From contig OZ316892.1 of the NCBI GenBank assembly GCA_973895155.1, positions 29,766,932 through 29,830,931 of the forward strand: DNA of 64,000 bases, written 5' to 3'. Under the pieces are notes generated by a model, which did not search any database, had not been told where the DNA came from, and saw nothing but the letters and a program-made list of their open reading frames with translations. Below, one piece after another: positions 25,100 to 35,775 of this stretch. Position 1 is the first letter of the stretch. Each line of letters starts with the position of its first letter. The position numbers were made by a program, and so were the translations under genes. The DNA comes from Marsupella aquatica (Eukaryota; Plantae; Marchantiophyta).

Positions 25100-26204
25100 T
25101 CTCTTCGATTTTGACCACTAGTAGAAATGTCCGGGTCGACCTGGCCGCAACATTTCTGATCAACTGAAAATCGTTTTGGAAGAATTGCATCAAGATTTTG
25201 TCAACCACAATGCAGGGTCATCTAACGTGGGGAAAATCTGGACTCAATCGGGCCTAAAATAGTGATGTCCGGGTCGACCTGGCCTCCCTTCTCACAACCG
25301 ATGTATCCACGATCAGGGTCTCAAACTTCCTGCCTTCACTTCCAGCGGTGGAGTAGGCATTCCCCTCACAACGAATCAGTCAGTACCCTCATATCCAAGC
25401 TCTCATCATACAATGCAAGATTGGTCCTATAATCCGGACCCAAGATCCTCTACCAAAAGGGGAGAGCCTCCTCACTCTACTACTTAAACAGCCTAATGCG
25501 CTCGGGAGCTCAAAACCTACTAAGTTCGGCTTTGAGAGGTGTGAGAGGCCGGATCGACTCTCCTTCCTTATATCCGGATTCTGCTGTGGTCGTGCCTGTG
25601 TTTGACTTATGGTTTTAAAAACTTTGGCAATGCACAACTGTTATTCAGTAGAGTCACTTTGTAAGCTTCCTTATCTCATTATGGTTTATAGTAAAAAGTT
25701 TCGGGTCGATCCTCCTTCTCTAATATCAATCCGGGTAGGCCTCAGCTGGGCTTGAAAGTCTCATAACACGTCAAAGTAGTCTTCAGGTACCTCTTTAGCC
25801 TCATTTGAGATCTTGAACTTAAAAATTCTAAAATTTATGGTTAGTTAACCCTTCTTTCATAAACATCCTTATCTCACAAAAGTTGAGAAGAAAAAGAAAT
25901 GAGAGTAATTTTTCTGACCAGACACTTCTATTTATACTTTATCACCTTTGTATCCACAGGCGATAAGGTTTCCACAGGCGATAATGTGTATCCAAAAGCG
26001 TAGGGTTGGAGTCTGGATGTCTGTATATTTTTTTCTCTTGATGGGACAAGAGATAAGGCATATCCCCAAGTCCTTGTATTCAACCAAATAGATTTTACGC
26101 GTAGCGAATCGGGTAACTCTTTATTCATTCGGAATTGTGCCACAAAAAAAACTAAGTTGATATTCTTAAAAAGAGTCTTTACAAAGAGCCCATTCAAGAT
26201 GGCT

Positions 26205-26756
26205 CTAAACCAGACTAGAAGCTTCCCCATACATTTCCAAGAGCCTCGCTTGCTCATCTTTCTCAAGATTGTGCCAGTCTTCTTGAAATCGATTTAGGTC
26301 ATACCTTGAAAATAAACCTAAGAAATCGATTGGAGGAAGATTCGGTGTTTCCATCCTAACAAAAGCTTCAATATGAACATTCTGAAGGGGTTTTCCATCG
26401 GGAATGCTTGTCAGCATTTCATTTACTTCCTCAAGCTGGCTTTTTGCTAGTCTAAGAATACCCCAGACTCGTGTACAAATTACGAGGTGGTTCCATTTTT
26501 TGGAGGTGCATCCAAGCCACACCATGGTTTTTAATCGCATCAATCTTTCATCAGCTTGGTTCTTGGAGGAATCAAACTCATCCTCTGTACAACAAACTTT
26601 CAAAATGGGCCAAATGAACGTTTCAACAATCTCGTCAAGAAGTCCATCCAAAAGCAATCCAGATTCCCTTTGGCCACTTTTTTGTTGAATTTGTTTCTTC
26701 TCTTTGTCGAATGACATCGCTAACCTTGTAAAGACAGGGTTCTCAGTGACTGCCAT
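26205..26756 (-). CDS. 183-aa F-box-like cargo protein
   Basis: LLDGLLDEIVETFIWPIL...LGCTSKKWNHLV resembles an F-box with an insert (LxxLPxEIxxxIxxxL...VCKxWxxL). A homologue is retained in the 2.5-kb element. Confidence 0.6.
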   Translation of the reverse strand: MAVTENPVFTRLAMSFDKEKKQIQQKSGQRESGLLLDGLLDEIVETFIWPILKVCCTEDEFDSSKNQADERLMRLKTMVWLGCTSKKWNHLVICTRVWGILRLAKSQLEEVNEMLTSIPDGKPLQNVHIEAFVRMETPNLPPIDFLGLFSRYDLNRFQEDWHNLEKDEQARLLEMYGEASSLV

Positions 26757-26991
26757 TCCAAAATAAGAGTGGATACCTGGAGTAATAAATGAGATGGTGA
26801 GCTCTTTCTCAGCAACCTACAAAATAGTGATGGAAAAACTGATTTTATTTCTTTGATCAAAATAAAAATATATTCACAAAATATTTGACCCAAGAACGTT
26901 CACCTAAACACTTACACACTACTCAGAAAATTCAACGCGATAAGTTAACCCAAGGATCTTCGTTCCAAATCCGACAACAAAAATATGCCAA

Positions 26992-27370
26992 TCAATGATA
27001 TTTGTTTTGGGCATCACGACAATAGTTACAAGAAGAATTAACAGAGTGCAGACAACCACTCAAACATATCCTCGACCGAATCGGAACTCCATCCTCATTT
27101 TTTTCACAAAACTCTATTCGGAGTGGATTCAAACTATCATGTGGATCCACGCCTCCGGTCCATAGCGCGCCTAATCCAGGACAAAGAACTTTGAGTGCAA
27201 CTAATTGCTTATACAATCGACGAGCACGTTTCTCAAGGTTTTGATTCTGGACCGCCATGAGACTCACAAGAGAAAACTTCGTTTATCAAGGAAAGCTTAA
27301 GCTTGAGTGGGTGTCGGTCATTGAAAGGCAGCAAGAGCTTCAGTGCGTATAGTTCAGTTGAACTTCGCCT
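26992..27370 (-). CDS. Small Cys/His-rich cargo ORF of unknown function (possibly spliced or decayed)
   Basis: ORF 26992-27267 ends in CLSGCLHSVNSSCNYC. Candidate acceptor TTTTGCAG near 27369. Confidence 0.3.
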
Positions 27371-27459
27371 GCAAAACAATCAGTAATCCATAAGGTTTTC
27401 CCATCATTCAAATAAACTCTAGGTAAATACCACATGGGCAATCAAAACTGGACATTTGA

Positions 27460-28035
27460 AGAGTGAATCCCAAACGGGATACGCCGTATCCCATTTCGCA
27501 TTCAACGTTGAGGTTTTGACATTTGGAGTCTACGATACTTCATATTCGGAGGTTGGATGCGACATGGGATACCCCGTATCCCATTTTGCATCCAACCTCC
27601 TTTTTTAGCTAATGTGAAACAAAAACTTGAAATTTGAGGGTTGAATCCCAAACGGGATACGCCATATCCCATTTGGGATTCGTCCTCGCCATTTTTAGGA
27701 AGATTCTCACCTATTCGTCAAAACTGATTTTTGGGGAATACGAGTTTTTATAGACGGTGTGCATTCGTCGAGACTAAGAGTATACAGAGCGAGAAAAAAT
27801 GAGCGTAAAATTCTCAAGAGGTGATCTCCTATTTATAGTTTTCTCACTGACCGTGGTTAGCTAGTATTTGACTGCAGTTGCATCGCAGTCGGTTAAATGT
27901 TACTGTTGAGAAGAATCATTTTGGAATATTCTTGTCGGGTAAACCAATATCAGCACTTTTACCGCATTTTTTTTTGGAATTCCGCGGTTGGATCCGAAAT
28001 GGGATACGCCGTATCCCATCTTCGTATTCGTGTCG
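27460..28035. repeat. Right subterminal copies of the GGGATAC-NNN-GTATCCC palindrome
   Basis: Copies at ~27465, 27553, 27641 (~88-bp period) and 27989. Confidence 0.9.
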
Positions 28036-28726
28036 ATTTTTCCCATTTTTTCAATTCAAAAAACTAGTTTTTAGTGGGAATACTAATTCCGTATCCAAGA
28101 CTTTTTTGCCTTAGAAACTTTTTTCGCCGCGGGCAAAACGAGAAGTGTGGTCACACTTCTCGTTTGGTCCGTCACCGTGTTTTCTTAAAAGAGTTAAACT
28201 TTCTAGGCATTTGTTCATGGCAAAAGGTTTATGTATTATCTCAAGTGATCTCAATAAAATGTTATGGATTCTTTTTGGTTTATAATTGATCGGGTTTTAT
28301 ATATGATAGAACAATTTTTGCTAGCAACTCTTAGGATAGATTGAAATACTACATTTTCTTTTTTACTCCCAAATTCTGATGTGAAATGTGACCTCCAACT
28401 TTGCTAGCAATGACTCTACCTCGCTAGCAATATCAGTTTTTCCTATCTCCTTTGAACTCCTTTTTACTAACATTGTTAAAACTCCCGTATTTTCAGAATA
28501 ATAAATTCTCCCCCCTATATTTCCACTCTTAAGACCAAATTAACACTAATTCATATGCGCAAAATTAATTAGTGTTATAATAGAATTAGTGTGAGTGACA
28601 CTCATTCCCTGGGCCCTCACTCCGTGTAAAAGAAGTGGACCCCCTACGATCGGGCCCTCTTCCTATTTACCCCTTGTCATTCCATTTTACAATAAAAAGT
28701 TCTCTTATTACCAGTAATAATTATAA

Positions 28727-30830
28727 AGTGGTGGACCTCCCACCACGTGCCCGTCCAAACTCGTTTCTCAATCTTGAAACAAGTCGAACCTCGCACCAAC
28801 ACGGAATGTTGGGCTCGGGGGCCTCAATCCAAGGGGTGTCCCATATCATGCTCGAAGTTTTTGGGGAATAAACACCCTAAAAGTTAAGTCAATAAAGTTT
28901 TTTTTAGGAATTGTTTTACCCCTAATTTAATAGAATATTCCAAGAAGATTCTCATATTTGATTTAAAAAAACCCTATGATTCTTATAATTCTCAAAATTG
29001 GATTAAAATAACCTTAATGTTCTTCAACAAAAATTTAAAAGTATTTCACTAAACCCAATAAAAAAACCCTACACTTATTCGTGCGTGATGGGTTGGAAGA
29101 AAAGAAGCGAGGACCCCGGGACGTTGGGGCAAGTTCTCTTCAACTATACTCCTTGTCGTTAGTGACCACTCCCATATGAAGTCGCACCTGCCCTCGTCAG
29201 CATGACCGTCACTCAACGGTCTTTACTATTTGCGCGAGCAAGCAACCAACCGGTAAGTAACCCGTCTTGATCTCGGAACTCCCAAGACCATTATCTCGCA
29301 TCAAGCTCAATAGTCGTTAGTAAGTAGGTCAGCGTATAGAGCCTCCCAGGCCCGCATGGCCTTGCCATAAGCTGAAGCTAATGTCGGCATCACTGTTCAT
29401 CCGGAACAGTCTATCTACCGGATGCCGCCCAAGCTTTCCCACTTTCTACCCATCAATGGCTGATCGCCCTGCCTCCATGACATGCCCATGGCCCAAACTC
29501 AGTTTGTCACAAACTAGTAGTAACACACCGGGACCATTCAATTTATAGTTCTGAGCCACCTCTCGACGAAACCGGGTTCCGCTCAAACTCTCACCATGCA
29601 TCGGGACCAGATCCCAATGGCAGCCCCAAGAGTCTACTTGGTTCTACCTCCCCAATATCATGTCCCCGTGGGAACGAAATGCGGTTTGGTCACTATTTGA
29701 CTTCGGATCGGCAAGAGGGACTTCCCCCATTGCAAGCCTCAAAACCAAAACCATCCAATGCACAATTAGAGAGCACCATGAGGTAGCTTTCTTCATTATC
29801 TTTCCAACGAGCCCAAGCACTCCCCCAACGGAGATCTGGTCGTCGAGTTATGTTAGCTTGTTTCCGTTTCAAAACTCGAAACGATGTATCTTCGTCGATC
29901 GCGATCAGCTCGAGCTCAAACTCAAGAGGACCACTCCCCTCATATATGCTTATGGGGACCTGCCACCCCTGGACCAGCTTTGGTCCCCTATCTTTGGCCC
30001 CCTACCCGAGGGTCCGTGGGCCCCGCCACTTAGCTCAAAACAAAGATAATCAAAAACTCTCCGCAACTTGGCCTCGAGCACAAATTGTGGCATAGGGGGC
30101 TAAAATTTGCGGCCGAAAACCCGCTCTCGTCCAGGCAACCCCCCTTGGTCCATCGATGCGTGACGATTCTAATCGAGTCTAAATCGACCATAACTTTTGG
30201 CCCTAGGTCCGTTGGCCGAGAAATATGCGGCCCCATGATCGGGGTCATGTGGGGCTTCTTGGGCCCCTATGGTGATCCAATGGAAAAATAGTTCATTTTT
30301 CCGTGATCGGCAACTGGCTCAAATTACAAGGATGCGGCTTGAGTCGACCATAACTTTTGGCCCCTCGGTCCGTTGACTGAGAAATATGCGGCCCCATGAT
30401 TGGGCTCATGTGAAGCTTCTCAGACCCCTATGGTGATCCGTTGGAAAAATAGTTCATTTTTCTGTGATCGGCAATGGGCCCAAACTACAAGCATGCAACT
30501 TGAATCGACCATAACTTTTGGCCCCTGGGTCCGTTAGCCCCTGGGTCCGTTGGCCGAGAAATATGTGGCCCCATGATTAGGCTCATGTAGGGCTTCTCGG
30601 CCCCTGATGGTGATTTAGAAAAAGAGTTCATTTTTTTCGTGATCGGCAACGGGTCCAATAGAGCTATATTGGAGCGCACTTTTCTCAAATCTTGTCCTTA
30701 CTCTTACTAGCCTCCTCTTTGTTAGTCGCATCCCTAATGGCCATGATGGTAGCAAATCTACGAGGGGCTCAACGCTAGAGTTGGGCAACGCCGGAGCAAT
30801 TACGAGTAGGTGAAAGTCGTATTTGCGACT
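28727..30830 (-). mobile_element. Solo LTR (2.1 kb including a nested MITE), AGTCGC...CCACCACT, 5-bp TSD TATAA
   Basis: TSD at 28722-28726 / 30831-30835, defined against the empty MITE copy. Homology to 7825-8469 and partly to the other LTRs. Internal ~165-bp triplication at ~30180-30660. Confidence 0.82.
28814..29120. mobile_element. ~307-bp MITE nested in the solo LTR
   Basis: Termini CTCGGGGGCCTC...GAGGACCCCGGG. TSD ATGTTGGG/ACGTTGGG. Absent from the homologous LTR at ~8390. Confidence 0.8.
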
Positions 30831-32723
30831 TATAATTATTAGTTCAAAATGAATAAAAACTACAGTTCGAGCGTTCGCACGTCCTCCACATATTAATTAA
30901 GACTGAGGGCCCAGGGCACTCATTCATGGGTAGAGCCCAAAATGTCCGCTCTTGAATTAGTGTGAGTAACACTAATTAGATTGTACTCACTGGGGTTCAA
31001 AAGACCGGTAAGGGTCACAGATGCTATAACAGTATCTTCACTGAACCCTAAATAGCTAGCACAAATCAATTTCACTGCAGCTGATACTATTGTAGTAGTC
31101 TCGAGCCAAGTGCTCCTACTCAAGCGAGAATCAAGCTTGAAAATCCATCGAATTATTTTTTGGGGGAATGCAAGATCAAAATCCTATGAAAGAGTTTATG
31201 CCAAATACAGAATGACAGTGCTATATGGTCAATCAACCTTCCAGTGCTTTGTCTTACTAAGAATTTTTGTCAATATTTTATTTCAATATGACATAACAAG
31301 GTGCATCACTTGTAAAACCTACATTTTAGATTACTTTGGCACCCCTATTAGGTGTTTTTTTTTTAATCTTCATATGCTCTCCTTCCAACTGCATTTAGTT
31401 TCCAACCCTTTAGCAGATTTGATGGGATTTCTTGCAATTCTAGTGAATGAAAGAGAATTGGTACTTGGAGAAGTGGACTCCTCCTGCTTGAAGTCCTACT
31501 CAAACTTTTATTTGCCAAGCTTATGGTTTTTATTATCATTAGCTAAGGCAAGGGAGTATCTTATGTACTTTATGTGCACAATTTTTGAAGGATTTGAGTG
31601 TCATTAAAACAAGTGTGAATCTGTACCTTATGTGCTCAACTTGTCAAGACGTGCACTTCTACTTTTCCTGGTCATTATGTAAATTGTACTTTAACATGTA
31701 CTTGAATTTGGCATGTACTTGCTGTATTTTTCTACTCAATCCTATCCCATACTATGTAATAATCATTTACACATCACTACAAGACAAACAAATAAGACAA
31801 CAAAAAACCATGTTCCAGGATACGATGAACATGCTATATATATCTATCTAACACTATAATAATTGATCCCTCCAATTTTTGTCATTTGTCCATTTACAAA
31901 AAGTCAGAGCATTGGCGGCGGGAATGATTCTTGGCCATTAGACCATTTCATATTTTTTAGGACCGTTCAATCACAAAAATGAGCCCTTCCTGAACCCTGT
32001 GCCTGCCCTCCGTGCGTGCATGCCTGGCGTACGGCTGAACTCCACTGCCATCCCTTGCCCTGCCTCAGTTGTTGCCACTTTGCCTGCCCCCGTCGCCCCT
32101 GTACGTCCATGGTACTGCAAGGGGCAGCCATTGTGCCCAGGCCTTCATTGCCCTCCTGCACGCTGGCTCACCCCTGCCTGCTCACCTTCCGTGCCATGGC
32201 CAGGCCATTCATAAATGCCACAAGCTCTGCATAGGGATCTGGCCAGGTAATTTAAGCTGTTGAGAGATGCTCTTGAGATCTTTATTTCACCACAAGATCT
32301 TTTTTCACTTTAGCCTTGACACCTTTTTTTTTCTCAGCATCTTTTTCTCATCTCAACACCATTTTATCATTTTGATATATTTTTTTTATTTTAAATATAT
32401 TCTTTTTTTACATCTTTTTTTCATCTCAACATTTTTTTCTTCATATTTTTTTCTCATCTTGACAATTATCTTTTTCTCACATCTTTTTCTCACTTTGACA
32501 ATCATCTTTTTTCTCACATCTTTTTCTCACCTTGACAATCATCTTTTCTCTCTTCAATGTCTTTTGTCATTTGTCACTTTAGAATTACGAAACTGCCCGT
32601 TTCAGACGAAACTTTGACAAGCCCTTTACATCATAAAAATTGTACAAGAGTTACTTTTACGTAGATACACTCAGTTAACATCACTGGCCATTGTGATTGT
32701 GCCAAGAGCCTCGCGCTGAGTGA

Positions 32724-33884
32724 CTACCTAGCAATGCTTTTCAACACCAATACTTCGACTGTCACACCAGGCCCGAATGCCACACAAATTCCCCACTCAG
32801 CTCCTTGTCCAGATGTCGTCGAGTTGTTCTGAACAGACAGCTTTCGCACTTGGTCAAGCACAAACAGAACAGTGGCACCAGACATGTTACCATAGTTATA
32901 AAGCACATCCCTGGTGGCCTTCAGCTTCTCGGGCTTCAAACTTAGTGACTTCTCCAGATCATCGAGGATGGCCCGACCTCCGGGGTGCACTGCCCAGAAG
33001 ATGTCGTTCCAGCCAGGAGACCCGGTCATTTGAGATTGAGCGGCATTGAATATGGGCAGCGTATTCCTTGAAATGATGCCGGGAACTTCCTTCACTAAAT
33101 GAAACATGAGGCCAGCTTCTGTGAGGCGCCCTTCGATTGCACCTTCACTCTCGGGAAGGATAGTTTCTCCTGACCAGTGGATTTCGTAGAGTGGTCTCTC
33201 GCCCTCGAGCGGGTCCGAGCCGATGACTAGTACTGAGGATCCGTCGCCAAACATTGCCGACCCAAGCAAGTTGGCCACATACTCCTCATTAGGGGCCCTG
33301 AAGGTGAGACACGTCGTGAGTTCACTCACCACCGTCAGAACTCGTGCGCCCTTGTTATTCTCAGCCAAATCTTTAGCTACTCGCAGAACTGTGGCTCCTC
33401 CGAAGCACCCTTGCATATACAGCATGGTTCGCTTGACATTGGGGTTCAACCCAAGGAGTCTGGTGAGAGTGAGATCTGCTCCAGGCATGTTGACACTACT
33501 GGTAGTTGCGAATACAACGTGAGTAATCTGCTCTCTGGGTTGGCCCCATTCTTCGAGAGCCTCCTCCGCTGCCTTTGCTGCAAGCCTGGGTACCTCTTTA
33601 ATCGCAATGTCCTGGCGAACATCGAGAGAAGCATCCTTGCACGTACACATCGCTGGATTGGCCTTCAGCACCTCCTCGGTGCAGTGAAAGTACCTCTGGT
33701 TGATCCCAGCGTTTTTGCAGATACGGGCGAACTTCGCCTTGAGCGCAGTCTTCTCATTGCAATTCGTGATGTTGAAGAAGAAATCCGCGTACCCGCTCTG
33801 AGGATGAGCGGTGGGAGGAACAGCTTTGCCAATGGCGAACACGGTGGCCGGCCCCTCCGCTCTCTGATGCCGATACGCAGCCAT
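32724..33884 (-). CDS. Type III polyketide synthase (chalcone/stilbene-carboxylate synthase family), intronless
   Basis: Cys-His-Asn triad in MQGCFGG, AVHPGGRAIL and YGNMSG. Also MFGDG, GLMFHL and AFGPG. First ATG at 33884 (MAAYRHQRAEGPATV). Confidence 0.96.
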   Translation of the reverse strand: MAAYRHQRAEGPATVFAIGKAVPPTAHPQSGYADFFFNITNCNEKTALKAKFARICKNAGINQRYFHCTEEVLKANPAMCTCKDASLDVRQDIAIKEVPRLAAKAAEEALEEWGQPREQITHVVFATTSSVNMPGADLTLTRLLGLNPNVKRTMLYMQGCFGGATVLRVAKDLAENNKGARVLTVVSELTTCLTFRAPNEEYVANLLGSAMFGDGSSVLVIGSDPLEGERPLYEIHWSGETILPESEGAIEGRLTEAGLMFHLVKEVPGIISRNTLPIFNAAQSQMTGSPGWNDIFWAVHPGGRAILDDLEKSLSLKPEKLKATRDVLYNYGNMSGATVLFVLDQVRKLSVQNNSTTSGQGAEWGICVAFGPGVTVEVLVLKSIAR

Positions 33885-35439
33885 GTCTCGATGAACAGAC
33901 TGAAGTGTCAGCAATCGCTTCTTAGAATCTCAATTCAGTCCAGAGATTGGGCACTTCTAAGCTCTCTAGAAACGAAATCGCGGATTCTACAATGGAGGTG
34001 ATGGAGCAGATACTTTGTGGACGAGGCTAAATAATGATGGAGTTGAAATTTGCCGAAAACCTTCAGCTGAGTAGAATGAAGCCCGGAGATAACTGGCTGT
34101 TTAGTTGATATACCCTAGCATAGAGATATACCCAAAGTAAACTTCAGTTTGAACTATGGTCTAATCAAACTGTAGGTGAAAAAAGTTTATCTGGAAATTC
34201 AACTCGAGTTTTGAAAGCTACAGTACTTGGATAGGCCACATGATTGGAAACGTGTCAGCACCAGATGACCTGGTTCCAAACATGGTTTAGCAGGTAAGTT
34301 TAGGCAAACTTTAAGTAAGTGCTGTCCCCAAAGGAAAACTTGGTGGTTAACCATGATCGGTCAATAATATTCATAACAATAGTAGAAGAGTGCACTGAAA
34401 TGACTACAGTTTGTTATCTCGTTTGTTATGAATATTATTGACTGATTAAACAAACATCAGGCAAAATTGACTTTCTATAAGTGCACACTCTGACTAACTC
34501 TCAATGCATCTACTTCTTCCTTTTTCGTGGAGTTTGCACTTTTCGTCTGTGCAAAAGGCCAAAAACTAAACAAGAACTATATAAGTGCAACCCTCCATAA
34601 AATGCCACCACTTATTGGTAAGCGCACCATTCCATCAACTACGTTGATATCCATGATTGCTATTTACAGTAAACAAAAAACAAAGGGTGGGCTGAGTTCC
34701 ATGGTAACTGTTTACACTAAACAAACAAATGTGTGTCCCCAGACTGGATATTTACTCCCTACTTCCCACGAATTTTTGGAGATCCATGTCTTACACAGTG
34801 GTGGCCATGCCATGGCCCACCGGGTCTTCTCTTAATCTAACATGAGATTATGAGGAAATGCTTTTGAAGGCAACGAAAAAGAGCCGGAAGTTACGCAGTT
34901 GCCTCGATATTCACGTGAAACCGAAAGACGCGGTTCTTCGTGATAGTCAGGGTCCACTGATCAATCTGGGGCCCAGATGACGCTGAAGGGCAGCTAGAAC
35001 TAAGTCTGTAAAAAAGTAGAGTAGACGTGGGCGTTGACGGCCTGCGCTCACTGGACATGGTGGTCCTCCCCAATTGGTTCGGCAAATGCAGTACCTGCTT
35101 TCATACTCTATGCTGGACACACTGTACACTACTAGCTAGCCCCAGTGACTTTGGCTGAGCTATAGTCACATTTCCGAAGCATCCTCGAAGCGCTCCGGTG
35201 GAAGGTTCTTCGATTACCGTGAATACTACGCGTTCAGAGGTCATCTTGATCATAACTTTTGCGGATGTATTTCTTAGTTTATGACGCTCAATTTTCTCAT
35301 CCGTAGGAGTTAAGGCAGTTGTGTGCTCGAGGGAGGTTTGTGCATGATTTCAGGACTGTCTAGACCCAGTTCATCATCGGAAGTCACTAGAAAGGATAAT
35401 TGATGGGCCTCGTTAATTAGGCGCCTGGCTATGATTGCA

Positions 35440-35775
35440 GTTATCGAGATTCTCCAATGGCTAGAGTGCTTGGAACCTGATTCCCTACATCACTGTTTCC
35501 CCAAGTATCCCAATTGGGCACTCATTCGATCAGCTGCATAGTCAGAGGTTCAGGCGATCTGTTCACTCCGATTTCACTCACGTCGAGGTCCTTTTGCTGA
35601 CAGACTAGCAGTGATCGAGATTCTGCAATGGCTAGAGTGCTTGGAACCTGATTCAATACATCACTGTTTCCCCAAGTCTCCCAATTTGGCACCCATTCAA
35701 TCAGCTGCAGAGAAGTTCAGGCGATCTGTTCACTCCGAGCTTCACTTAAGTCGAGGTTACTTTTGCTGACATACC
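35440..35775. repeat. Imperfect tandem duplication of ~170 bp
   Basis: atcgagattct..caatggctagagtgcttggaacctgatt...gttcaggcgatctgttcactccga...cttttgctgaca occurs twice. Confidence 0.85.

Larger units (their letters stand above)
12109..28181 (+). mobile_element. 16,073-bp cargo-carrying Sola-like DNA transposon
   Basis: 35-bp TIR AACAC(A/G)GTGACGGACCAAACGAGAAGT(A/G)TGACCAC (12109-12143 / 28147-28181, 2 mismatches). 4-bp TSD TTCT (12105-12108 / 28182-28185). Contains a DDD transposase. A shared palindrome is scattered from end to end. Confidence 0.93.
28607..30916. mobile_element. MITE of the same family as 8081-8283, interrupted by a solo LTR
   Basis: TIR CCCTGGGCCCTCA...TGAGGGCCCAGGG. TSD CACTCATT (28599-28606 / 30917-30924). 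The two halves rejoin to match the 203-bp copy. Confidence 0.92.

Noticed and set aside
30925-31850. Possible MULE/SWIM transposase relic, with repeated aattagtgtgagt.acact motifs at ~28585 and ~30956
   Set aside because: Too decayed; no convincing catalytic motif or boundaries could be read.
32267-32617. Phe/Leu-rich 'membrane protein' ORFs (also 60744-61290, 61585-61856)
   Set aside because: Low-complexity T-rich or A-rich sequence, probably interiors of non-autonomous elements.
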